In this document: in pieces, positions 7,357-15,275 of the stretch
Layout of the letters: every line of letters begins with the position of its first letter
Position numbering within the stretch: position 1 is the first letter of the stretch
Origin: a virus
DNA: 46,885 nucleotides
Virus record (IMG/VR): IMGVR_UViG_3300028920_000011
Span: 1 to 46,885 of that record
Reading direction: 5' to 3' (one strand)
Translations under genes and position numbers: made by a program
Notes under the pieces: generated by a model
What the model was told of the DNA's origin: nothing
Database searches by the model: none
The model's input: the letters and a program-made list of their open reading frames with translations, nothing else

Positions 7357-7946
7357 AGTCTTGAAATCCTTTCGTTGATCCAGTCAATCACCCTGTTTAA
7401 TTGCTCCAATGCGCAAGGGTCATCGTCTTGTATGCGCTCCAATTGACGGATGGCCATGCTGGCAAACTGTTTTGCGTGGGACACGGGATACGTTTCCGTG
7501 TGTACCACCCGCGGACGAGACTCGCCTGCCTCATCTGGCATCACCTCAACCACCGCCTCCTCGACATCACGCGCCGTCACCCGCCGGCCCTCGCCCTCCG
7601 CCCTGCCCGTCGCCGCTTGCCATGCCTCCGGCTGCTTGTCTGCGGGCAGCTTGGACAAGGGACGGGCTTGGGATTCTGTAGCGGGAAGCGGATCAATTGA
7701 TCCACTTTGCACGTTGGCCACCACCTCGCTGGCCGACATCAACAGCCGCGCCCGCCTGTCAGTAAACCCCCACCGCTGCTTGCAATACTCACGAAACGTG
7801 CCGTACTCCGCGCGGTACAGCCGGCCATCGCGTATCGCCACCAACGCGTTGCCAACATCCACGAACGTCTTGACGCCGCGCTCGATGGTAGCCTCCAGTG
7901 ATGCAAGCTGTTGGGTCTCGGGTACCGTCAGTGCCTTACTTTCCAT
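7353..7946 (-). CDS. Putative DNA-binding protein; first gene of the leftward early operon.
   Basis: The track ORF is trimmed to ATG 7946, which is preceded by AAGGAGGG. RLYRAEYGTFREYCKQRWGFTDRRARLLMSASEV resembles HTH segments of plasmid and phage partition or replication-associated proteins. Confidence 0.5.
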   Translation of the reverse strand: MESKALTVPETQQLASLEATIERGVKTFVDVGNALVAIRDGRLYRAEYGTFREYCKQRWGFTDRRARLLMSASEVVANVQSGSIDPLPATESQARPLSKLPADKQPEAWQAATGRAEGEGRRVTARDVEEAVVEVMPDEAGESRPRVVHTETYPVSHAKQFASMAIRQLERIQDDDPCALEQLNRVIDWINERISRL

Positions 7947-7970
7947 TTTGGGGCCCTCCTTTTCCTGCGT

Positions 7971-7999
7971 AGTGTAGCACGTGCTAATCCGTTTGTCAA
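7971..7999 (-). promoter_or_regulatory. Sigma70-like promoter TTGACA-17-TACACT (minus strand) for the early leftward operon.
   Basis: tgtcaa at 7994..7999 and agtgta at 7971..7976, with a 17-nt spacer. It sits back-to-back with the plus-strand promoter. Confidence 0.55.
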
Positions 8000-8010
8000 G
8001 CACAACCTTC

Positions 8011-8039
8011 TTGACACGCCATGCGCAATCTGATATACT
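8011..8039 (+). promoter_or_regulatory. Sigma70-like promoter TTGACA-17-TATACT.
   Basis: TTGACA at 8011..8016, a 17-nt spacer, and TATACT at 8034..8039. The two divergent -35 boxes form the inverted repeat TGTCAAG(7994..8000)/CTTGACA(8010..8016). Confidence 0.65.
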
Positions 8040-8061
8040 AGTGCCATACAGGAGACTAGAC

Positions 8062-8247
8062 ATGTACCGGGTTTACGTGTGGGCATACATTACCGGCTCC
8101 ATGGCGTTTGCAAATGCAAGACAACAAATGACTTGCGCAAAACCTACTCGCACGTGCAGGCAAAACACGGCACAATACCTAGCACTTCTATGTATATTAA
8201 CATGCTGCAAAACAACCACTTACAACAACGGCACATTTTGTGCTTGA
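8062..8247 (+). CDS. Candidate small ORF (61 aa, Cys-rich). Alternatively a non-coding leader or sRNA.
   Basis: AGGAG lies about 6 nt upstream of ATG 8062 and directly downstream of the 8011 promoter. The stretch is visibly AT-richer and no similarity was recognised. Confidence 0.25.
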   Translation: MYRVYVWAYITGSMAFANARQQMTCAKPTRTCRQNTAQYLALLCILTCCKTTTYNNGTFCA

Positions 8248-8272
8248 CAAACCTCAAAATCGGTGGTACAGT
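8244..8272 (+). promoter_or_regulatory. Sigma70-like promoter TTGACA-17-TACAGT.
   Basis: TTGACA at 8244..8249 and TACAGT at 8267..8272. The 13-bp palindrome GCACA-TTT-TGTGC (8231..8243) abuts the -35 box. Confidence 0.6.
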
Positions 8273-8342
8273 CAGCCCTAGAGGGCGCGCCAGAGGCTTT
8301 CTATTCGGAGCCAGACTGGAACCCTTACCAAAGACATAGACA

Positions 8343-8362
8343 CCTTTCTCCTCAGAGAAAGG
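8343..8362 (+). promoter_or_regulatory. Perfect 8-bp hairpin in the long 5' leader of the pseudopilin gene.
   Basis: CCTTTCTC-ctca-GAGAAAGG. No U-run follows it. Confidence 0.4.
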
Positions 8363-8443
8363 AAGATTTAAGATCCGGAGAATACAGAGAAGACCCAATG
8401 CACTTGGATTGAGAGGAACAACTCAGAAGTGGAGGGAGGTAAA

Positions 8444-9196
8444 ATGAAGGGTCGAGGATTCTCGCTTATAGAACTCCTTGTGGTTTTGGCCATTGTGGTC
8501 GTTTTGGCCGGCATTGCCACGCCAATCGTATCGGGATGTATTTCTAGGGCCAAGGCCGGTAGGGCACAGTCCGACATTGCGGCTATAAGCCTAGCATGTC
8601 AGCAGATGCTGCGCGATACCGATGCGTCGAGTTTCCGCAAGGTGTTGGCGCTGGACGAGGACGTTACGGACATCGAGGCCGGCATCGAGGCGTATACCGC
8701 TGCGTTCTATTGCCTATTGCAACACGGCAGGGACGCGGAGTACTCAACAGAATGGCCGGCACGTGTTACCCTATCGCCTGTTGCGCGGGAGCGGCTCGGC
8801 ACATCCTATGTTCCCAATGCCTCCACCGACCCGTGGGGCAACCTGTACCAATTCCACATTGGGTTATGGCGCACACGCGCCTACGGTATTGTCACCACGT
8901 CCAAGGACGACTACCGCAACAATATGCCTTTCAGGATCTACTGGCTAGACGACAGCATCCCGGCTATGCCATCGCCGGCGGATGGTTATCTGGACGCAGA
9001 CGGCAACGCATACAACTACCCGGCGCCGGTGAGCAAAGATATCTATGTATGGTCACTCGGTGCCGATGGTATCAGTGGGCAGAAGACAGCCAATAACGGC
9101 GAGTGCTACAACGGGCAGCTAGGCGCGTACATGGACGGCGGCGGCGATGATATCAACAACTGGGACGCGGGAGGGAGTTGGAATGAGCACTATTGA
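8444..9196 (+). CDS. Type II secretion GspG-like pseudopilin (prepilin-type N-terminal methylation domain).
   Basis: A GGAGGGAGG RBS precedes ATG 8444. The N-terminus is MKGRGFSLIELLVVLAIVVVLAGIA. GspG hallmarks follow: DPWGNLYQF, VWSLGADG and DDINNW. Confidence 0.8.
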   Translation: MKGRGFSLIELLVVLAIVVVLAGIATPIVSGCISRAKAGRAQSDIAAISLACQQMLRDTDASSFRKVLALDEDVTDIEAGIEAYTAAFYCLLQHGRDAEYSTEWPARVTLSPVARERLGTSYVPNASTDPWGNLYQFHIGLWRTRAYGIVTTSKDDYRNNMPFRIYWLDDSIPAMPSPADGYLDADGNAYNYPAPVSKDIYVWSLGADGISGQKTANNGECYNGQLGAYMDGGGDDINNWDAGGSWNEHY

Positions 9197-9413
9197 TAGG
9201 CGTGCATTTATCGGGCGCACTGTGGCCGCCGTGGCGGGAGGTTCGGCGTGTGCGGCGGGTGACGAGAATGGCGACGACGAATCCGGGCCCGACGCCCATC
9301 GGAGTGGTGACGCACCTGGCAGGGTCGAGTTCCGGCCACTGAGCATAACCGCGAACATACAGCTATCGCCAGGAACACGGCTTCTGATTAGAGAGCTGGG
9401 GCTGGGATTGTGA
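9183..9413 (+). CDS. Small exported protein with a twin-arginine (Tat) type signal.
   Basis: A GGGAGGGAG RBS precedes the start. MSTIDRRAFIGRTVAAVAGGSACAAG has an RRxF motif and a hydrophobic core. The gene overlaps both neighbours. Confidence 0.5.
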   Translation: MSTIDRRAFIGRTVAAVAGGSACAAGDENGDDESGPDAHRSGDAPGRVEFRPLSITANIQLSPGTRLLIRELGLGL

Positions 9414-10156
9414 GACACGCAGCATCGTTCTCTGGTGGTAAGGACAGCACGGCCATGGTCTTGCGCCTTATCGAGGAGGGCCGACCACTCGACGAAATCA
9501 TATGGTTCGACACGGGCTGGGAATTCCCCGAGAATTATCAGCACATCGACCTGGTAGAATCACGCATTGGGATTCCAATAACACGGCTGCATCCTGATGA
9601 GCCGTTTGAGTATATGATGTTGCACAAGCCAGTCACGAAACGCAGTGGAGAAAACAAGGGTCAAACACACAAGCGAGGATATGGATGGCCGTCTTGGCAT
9701 TGGCGGTGGTGCACAGCCCACAAGCGCGCGGTAATCAGGCGCCACATACGCGAGACAACCAAGCCCGGGGAATTGTGTGGGCAATACATCGGGTTCGCGC
9801 TAGACGAGCGCAAGCGGGCGGAGACCAAGGCGTTCAGTAAACCCGAGTATGTGTTCCCGCTTATTGAATGGGGCATGACCGAGGCGGACTGCCTAGAGTA
9901 TTGCCGTGCGCGTGGGTATACGTTCGGCGGTATATATGAGCACTTTTCCAGGCTGTCGTGTTGGTGTTGCCCAATAGCTAGCCTCGACTACCACCGCACG
10001 CTGCGCAGAGAGTTCCCGCACATATGGGCACGCATGATTGAGTGGGATGCCGCTATGTCGTGCGATGATAACAGGACGTTCTCCAAACACGAATCACTCG
10101 AAGCCCTCGATGCAAGGTTTGCCAGGGAGGATGATAGGTGGAAAATATGGGGGTGA
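9410..10156 (+). CDS. PAPS-reductase/ATP-pyrophosphatase family protein.
   Basis: GTG start. SFSGGKDSTAM PP-loop at the N-terminus. C-terminal RLSCWCCP Cys cluster. Confidence 0.8.
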   Translation: MRHAASFSGGKDSTAMVLRLIEEGRPLDEIIWFDTGWEFPENYQHIDLVESRIGIPITRLHPDEPFEYMMLHKPVTKRSGENKGQTHKRGYGWPSWHWRWCTAHKRAVIRRHIRETTKPGELCGQYIGFALDERKRAETKAFSKPEYVFPLIEWGMTEADCLEYCRARGYTFGGIYEHFSRLSCWCCPIASLDYHRTLRREFPHIWARMIEWDAAMSCDDNRTFSKHESLEALDARFAREDDRWKIWG

Positions 10157-10347
10157 CCTGCCATTATACTGGTGTAGGTGTATGGGTCCTACAGTACACC
10201 CCGGCAGGGAGGGAAGTTCAGGGGTTTTGCCGAATTCGCGCATTTGTCCACTTTTTGCGCGGTCTTGTCAGGTCGCAAACCCCGCAAACCTCGAAAAACG
10301 TGACTCCAGAAAGTCTATAAAACTGTGAATTGTGATGGTGTTTGACT

Positions 10348-10845
10348 ATGAATCTCGACCACCTAACCCCCGACCGTCGCAACGCCAACAAGGGCACAGA
10401 GCGCGGCCTGGGCATGCTTGAGCAGTCACTGCGTCATTGTGGCGCGGGCCGGTCGATACTGGTTGACCGCAACGGCCAAGTGATAGCGGGCAATAAAACA
10501 CTGGAACGCGCGCAGGAATTGGGGCTCGGGCTAGTGATTGTAGACAGCGACGGCACCAGCGTCGTGGCCGTGCGCCGAACAGACCTCGACCTGGAACACG
10601 ACGCGCGCGCCCGCGAGTTGGCGATTGCCGACAACCGCGTGGCGCAGGTTGATCTGGAATGGGACCTGGCGGAATTGGCGGCGGAACGTGACGATGGCGG
10701 CATTCTGGATGATTATTGGTTTGACGCGGAGTTGGATTTGTTGTTGGCGGCGGAGGGCCGGCACAGCGCATCGCCGCCCGTTGAGTCGGAACGCACTGTA
10801 GAATGTCCGCAGTGTGGTTTTAGTATACCATTGGGAGGTATGTAG
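10348..10845 (+). CDS. ParB N-terminal-domain-like protein with a C-terminal CxxC.
   Basis: MNLDHLTPDRRNANKG...SILVDRNGQVIAGNKTLERAQELGL is a ParB/Srx-type segment. CPQCGF lies at the C-terminus. The gene sits immediately upstream of the packaging genes. Confidence 0.6.
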   Translation: MNLDHLTPDRRNANKGTERGLGMLEQSLRHCGAGRSILVDRNGQVIAGNKTLERAQELGLGLVIVDSDGTSVVAVRRTDLDLEHDARARELAIADNRVAQVDLEWDLAELAAERDDGGILDDYWFDAELDLLLAAEGRHSASPPVESERTVECPQCGFSIPLGGM

Positions 10846-10847
10846 GC

Positions 10848-11060
10848 ATGGTCTTGACACAAGACGAACGGGTAGACTGGCAGAGCGCCGTCACGACGTG
10901 GAAGGCGTTGGCATTCGGCATGGAGCACTTCTGCTTCGACGGCACAGACGCCGAGGTTAGGCGGCGGTTGGAACGGTTGCGCGAATCAATAGTACAGGCG
11001 TCTCAGTTGGACGGTGCGATGATATGCGAATTGTTGGGCAGGTTGCCGGCGATAAACTGA
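10848..11060 (+). CDS. Hypothetical protein (70 aa).
   Basis: Track ORF with a GGAGGTA RBS upstream. Confidence 0.55.
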   Translation: MVLTQDERVDWQSAVTTWKALAFGMEHFCFDGTDAEVRRRLERLRESIVQASQLDGAMICELLGRLPAIN

Positions 11061-11061
11061 C

Positions 11062-11709
11062 ATGCCGTCCTCGAAAGACAAGCCCGACAAACCGCAGAGC
11101 GCGGCAGATGCCATTGAGAAAGAAACCATCGCCGAGTTGATAGCGAAGCATAGGGCCGGCAAGAAGCTGGGCCGTGGTGACGTTGCGCGGATTCGGCAGT
11201 ATGAACGCGAACGGCGCGAGGAACAACTCGACGCGCATTTGATGGCCCTACCGCGTGTGACGCTGGCGCGGTTGTTGGACACCAACGAGCGGATGATAAA
11301 CAAGTGGCTCGATGTGGGGATGCCGCGCAACACCGACAAGGGCCGGACATACAACTGGTTCAACGTGTTGCCGTGGATCAAGGCGCGGTGGTTGGGCAAG
11401 AACATTGACGAGGATGGGCCACCGCAAACCAAGAAGGGCGCCGACGCTGACGAGCGCTATCGGTTGGCGAAAGCAAAACTAGCAGAACACCAGCTAGCGG
11501 AGAAGGAGGGGCAGATAGTACAGGTCGAATTACTTAGGCGGCAATGGGAAAGCGGGATTGATGTTGTCAGGCGCGCCGGCGAGAACCTTGGGCGGCGGTT
11601 CGGGCCCGAGGCGCAGGACATGTTCAACGAGGCACTTGAAGAGGGCGCGCGTGTTGCGCAGGAGGCTATTGGCACAGATGACGATGATGGCGGAACCGAT
11701 AGCGCATAA
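11062..11709 (+). CDS. terS: Terminase small subunit (Nu1-like HTH).
   Basis: VTLARLLDTNERMINKWLDVGMPR is an HTH pattern followed by a basic coiled coil. The gene is directly upstream of, and overlaps, the large terminase. Confidence 0.55.
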   Translation: MPSSKDKPDKPQSAADAIEKETIAELIAKHRAGKKLGRGDVARIRQYERERREEQLDAHLMALPRVTLARLLDTNERMINKWLDVGMPRNTDKGRTYNWFNVLPWIKARWLGKNIDEDGPPQTKKGADADERYRLAKAKLAEHQLAEKEGQIVQVELLRRQWESGIDVVRRAGENLGRRFGPEAQDMFNEALEEGARVAQEAIGTDDDDGGTDSA

Positions 11710-13678
11710 TGCGGATATAGCGCCCGAGTGGTTTCTGCGTGCTATGTCTACCCGCGTGCGCACCATGCGGGAGTTTGCCGAGCAGGAAATCATCCTGCCC
11801 AATGGCGAATACGAGGGGTTGCGGTTTCGGTGTGACAGGCAACCCTACTCGGGTCTGTTCTTCGATGCGCACGACAGCGGCAACTGGACGCGGTTTGTGG
11901 TGACAGGCCCGACACAGAGCGGCAAGACATTGTGCGCGTTTGTTATTCCTATACTGTATTACCTGTTCGAGATGCGCGAGACGGTGGTGTGTGGGTTGCC
12001 TAACGAGGATATCCGAAACGACAAATGGGAATTAGACCTGTTACCCGTTATCGAACGGACACAATACCGTAAGTTGCTGCCCGTTGAGGGCAGCGGGTCT
12101 AGGCGCGGTCGTGTTGGTGCGTCCATTCGTTTTAGGAACGGCGCCACACTGCGATTTATGACGGCAGGTGGCGGCGACAAACAGCGGGCCAGTTTTACAA
12201 CCCGTATTGTGGTGATTACCGAAACAGACGGATTCGACGCGCCAGGCGCAACGTCGAGGGAGGCCGATAAGGTCACGCAGATCATCAACCGCACGGGCGC
12301 GTTTGACCGTAGCGAGCGGGCGCGCATCTTCCTGGAGTGTACCGTAACGGTCGAAGAGGGCCGCACATGGCAGGAATACAACGCCGGCACGGCGAGCCGG
12401 ATAGCATGCCCGTGTCCTGCATGTGGCGATTATGTGACGCCCGGCAGGGAACACCTGCATGGATGGCAGGATGCCGCGTCGGAAGAGGCCGCGCGCCGAG
12501 AATCCTACTGGGTGTGCCCGTCGTGTGGCGTGGTGTTGAGCGAAGACGAACGGACCGAGATGTGTGCGGCTAGCGCACTGGCACACAAAGGCCAGGAGAT
12601 AGACAGCAATGGCGTCTTGCATGGCGACAATCCGGATACTACTGCGCTGGGCTTCCGATGGTCCGCGTTCGACAACCAGTTTGCCAGTGCCCGGTCTATC
12701 GGTGCCCGCGAATGGCGGGCTGCGCGGGCGATTCAGGAGGAAAATGCAGAGAAAGAAATGCGTCAGTTTGTATGGGCATTGCCGTACGAACCGCCACGCG
12801 ACGATCTCAGCGGAGTCACCATCGAAGCCATTCTGAGCCGTACGGTGGACATCCCGCGCGGTCATATCCCGAAAGACACGGAATACATTACCATGGGGTG
12901 CGATATAGGCAAGCGGCTATTACACTGGGTTGTGTTGGCTTGGCGACATGACGCCAGTCCGCACACGGTCGAATATGCTGTGCAGGATGTTGCCGTGGTG
13001 TCGCTGGGCGAGGAGCGCGGGCTATTGGCTGCATTGCAACAGATTGCCGACATGGCCGCAGAGGGCTGGCCCATCCACAACACCGAAATAGACGACCACG
13101 CCATGGTAGACTCCATATGGGTTGATGCGCGGTACCAGACAGATACCATATGCCAGTTTGTGCGCGAGACGGGCCCCCCGTGGCATCCCGTACGGGGCTG
13201 GGGCGAAAGCCAGGACATGGCCGGCGCATATCGACCGCCCGGCGCGACGAACAAAAGGGTAGTGCGTGTAGGGCAGGGGTATCATTGGACACGAGACCGT
13301 GCGCGCGGCGTGCGGTTTGCCGACGTGAACGCCGACCAGTGGAAGACGTTCCTGCATGCGCGACTCACTACCCCGCCCAACCATCCGGGCGCCATGACGT
13401 TGTACCATGTGGGCCACGTGAACGAGCACATGACGCTAGCAAAACACTGGACATCTGAGCGGCAGATTGAGGAATTCAGGGCAGGCAAAGGCAACGTAAC
13501 ACTATGGGAACGTGTACACAGGCGCAACCACTACTTTGATGCGGCCTATATGGCGTGCGCGGCGGCCCACAGCCTCGGCGTGCGGCTGATAGGCGACAAG
13601 CCCAAGAAGGTTGTGGTGCCAGAAACCGAAGCCAAGAAGCCCGACAAATCGGGCGGCTGGACAATCGGGAGGGGTTAG
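11678..13678 (+). CDS. terL: Terminase large subunit, GpA (lambda-like) family.
   Basis: Walker A VVTGPTQSGKT and Zn ribbon CPCPACG...CPSCG, with GpA-like overall length. The start is set at ATG 11678, downstream of GGAGG. The track ORF starts at 11558, inside terS. Confidence 0.9.
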   Translation: MTMMAEPIAHNADIAPEWFLRAMSTRVRTMREFAEQEIILPNGEYEGLRFRCDRQPYSGLFFDAHDSGNWTRFVVTGPTQSGKTLCAFVIPILYYLFEMRETVVCGLPNEDIRNDKWELDLLPVIERTQYRKLLPVEGSGSRRGRVGASIRFRNGATLRFMTAGGGDKQRASFTTRIVVITETDGFDAPGATSREADKVTQIINRTGAFDRSERARIFLECTVTVEEGRTWQEYNAGTASRIACPCPACGDYVTPGREHLHGWQDAASEEAARRESYWVCPSCGVVLSEDERTEMCAASALAHKGQEIDSNGVLHGDNPDTTALGFRWSAFDNQFASARSIGAREWRAARAIQEENAEKEMRQFVWALPYEPPRDDLSGVTIEAILSRTVDIPRGHIPKDTEYITMGCDIGKRLLHWVVLAWRHDASPHTVEYAVQDVAVVSLGEERGLLAALQQIADMAAEGWPIHNTEIDDHAMVDSIWVDARYQTDTICQFVRETGPPWHPVRGWGESQDMAGAYRPPGATNKRVVRVGQGYHWTRDRARGVRFADVNADQWKTFLHARLTTPPNHPGAMTLYHVGHVNEHMTLAKHWTSERQIEEFRAGKGNVTLWERVHRRNHYFDAAYMACAAAHSLGVRLIGDKPKKVVVPETEAKKPDKSGGWTIGRG

Positions 13679-13681
13679 GCG

Positions 13682-13927
13682 ATGGCCCGAGCGCTGAAAA
13701 CAGACGATATCTATGCGGCGCTGTATGATATGCAGAACATGCGCAGCAACGACAACACAATGACACTTGCATCCCTGACGGTGATGCTTGCGTGTTCACT
13801 GCTTGACAATTATACCGAGGCCATGCTTGCCCATGACCTGGCAGAAGCGACAACAATGGATGCCATCCGCATGATGCGCGAAATATTGAGGGCGGCCCGA
13901 GTGGATTTCGCAGAAAAGGAGTTGTGA
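13682..13927 (+). CDS. Hypothetical protein (81 aa).
   Basis: Track ORF with a GGGAGGGG RBS. Confidence 0.6.
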   Translation: MARALKTDDIYAALYDMQNMRSNDNTMTLASLTVMLACSLLDNYTEAMLAHDLAEATTMDAIRMMREILRAARVDFAEKEL

Positions 13928-13928
13928 T

Positions 13929-14144
13929 ATGTTGACATTGCTGGTGTTTGTTTATGGTTCTGGCGTGATAGGTACAGCAGTCATTGTCTATTCAATGGTA
14001 TCTCAGAATCACGACAATGCTGTGGCTGCCATGGTGTTGGGGGTATTATGGCCAATTTCAGTGCCTGGTTTGTTTATTGTTTGGTTGTTTTTCTTTTTGA
14101 CTGGTATCGACCTACCCGTAAACAAGGATGATTCGCATGCCTAA
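13929..14144 (+). CDS. Small membrane protein (2 predicted TM segments).
   Basis: Two hydrophobic stretches: LLVFVYGSGVIGTAVIVYSMV and LGVLWPISVPGLFIVWLFFFL. AAAAGGAG RBS. Confidence 0.6.
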   Translation: MLTLLVFVYGSGVIGTAVIVYSMVSQNHDNAVAAMVLGVLWPISVPGLFIVWLFFFLTGIDLPVNKDDSHA

Positions 14145-14496
14145 ACGCAAAACCAAACCCAAGGAGCGAAAACCCGATATCTTCGGACTGTCTGTTCAGG
14201 AACCGCCCATCGAGGTGCAGGAACTGGACGTGCAGGAACGCAGCCGGTTCTGGCCCGATTCAAAGCCCATCCCTGAGACGTTTCGGCGTGGTAGTGGTGT
14301 GGCGTACCCGTGCATGAATCCCGAGCCGGGATATTGTGGCGACAAACCACACCGCGTATGGCTCGACAATGGAGGTCGCGCCGTGGAGGTGGTGGTTACG
14401 GGCCATGCGCACGATATTGACGCGGACTGCGCGGTGCTGCGGTGCAAATCATGCGGGTACCGGTGGCAGTTACCGCTGGAGGTTGCAGACCAATGA
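14137..14496 (+). CDS. Hypothetical protein with a C-terminal CxxC...C pattern.
   Basis: The track ORF is trimmed to ATG 14137 (AAGGA lies 8 nt upstream). An alternative start is at 14128. Confidence 0.5.
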   Translation: MPKRKTKPKERKPDIFGLSVQEPPIEVQELDVQERSRFWPDSKPIPETFRRGSGVAYPCMNPEPGYCGDKPHRVWLDNGGRAVEVVVTGHAHDIDADCAVLRCKSCGYRWQLPLEVADQ

Positions 14497-14723
14497 GATG
14501 CCCATCGTGCCTACATTCTAAAAGTGACGTGACGGATTCTAGGCCACGGGAGGCGCACGGCGACGAAATCACATGGCGCAGACGCAAATGCCGGCGTTGT
14601 CGCTTCGAGTGGTCAACATTTGAGGATTATGAGCTAGCAGACCCAGAGGCCGCGTTTGTCCTGGCCGATATCGCCCGCCTGATAGACTCCCACCGAGCCA
14701 ATACCCCACCAGATACCCAATAG
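14493..14723 (+). CDS. NrdR-like zinc-ribbon protein lacking an ATP-cone.
   Basis: MRCPSCLHSKSDVTDSRPRE...RRRKCRRCRFEWSTFE mirrors the NrdR N-terminal ribbon (MxCPxC...V.DSR...RRR.C..C..RF.T.E). ATGA coupling links it to the upstream gene. Confidence 0.5.
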   Translation: MRCPSCLHSKSDVTDSRPREAHGDEITWRRRKCRRCRFEWSTFEDYELADPEAAFVLADIARLIDSHRANTPPDTQ

Positions 14724-14774
14724 CTACACATCTATATATTGGGGAACCTAGCCCCGTCATGGTAAAATGCGCCA

Positions 14775-14987
14775 ATGGGGCAAAAAGCCATGATGGACGA
14801 CTACGGGATATGTGATTCTGAAGCCGCTGAGGAGCGGTATCACATTCTACATCCTTCCGAATGGCCACACTCTTGTCTACCAGACGGCGAGATAGATGTA
14901 GGTAACTTCGTTTCTCTGGCCGATAGATTTCTAGAGTCGCCCTGCGAATGGTCGAGAGAAGAATACCCAGAGGAATGTGCCGTCTAG
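14775..14987 (+). CDS. Hypothetical acidic protein (70 aa).
   Basis: Track ORF. An alternative start is at 14790. Confidence 0.45.
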   Translation: MGQKAMMDDYGICDSEAAEERYHILHPSEWPHSCLPDGEIDVGNFVSLADRFLESPCEWSREEYPEECAV

Positions 14988-14990
14988 CCT

Positions 14991-15272
14991 ATGGCAACGA
15001 CTGAAATCACACTGACAGCGTTCCAGACAGCGTGCGCAGAGTGCGCAGATGCAATATCCAGTGGCGATTATGCTACCGCCTACGGCAAATATGCCAAGGC
15101 GGCGGCTATTCTGGCGGGGTTCCCGCAAGAGATGGACGGCGGACAAAGCCGTTTGACCCATCGCCAAAACCTTGACCTGCTCAAGAGCGCCTTGGAAGCG
15201 GCACAGGCAGCTGCTACACGCGGCGGCGATAAAAACCGCCTGATAACTGTTGGCCTAAAACACGGGGGATAG
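14991..15272 (+). CDS. Hypothetical protein (93 aa, helical).
   Basis: Track ORF directly upstream of the prohead protease. Confidence 0.5.
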   Translation: MATTEITLTAFQTACAECADAISSGDYATAYGKYAKAAAILAGFPQEMDGGQSRLTHRQNLDLLKSALEAAQAAATRGGDKNRLITVGLKHGG

Positions 15273-15275
15273 TAC

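Noticed and set aside
14739-14768. Possible internal promoter TTGGGG-18-TAAAAT that would give a leaderless mRNA at ATG 14775.
   Set aside because: The -35 box is poor and the spacer is 18 nt. The idea depends on leaderless translation. The signal is too weak to report as a feature without transcript mapping.
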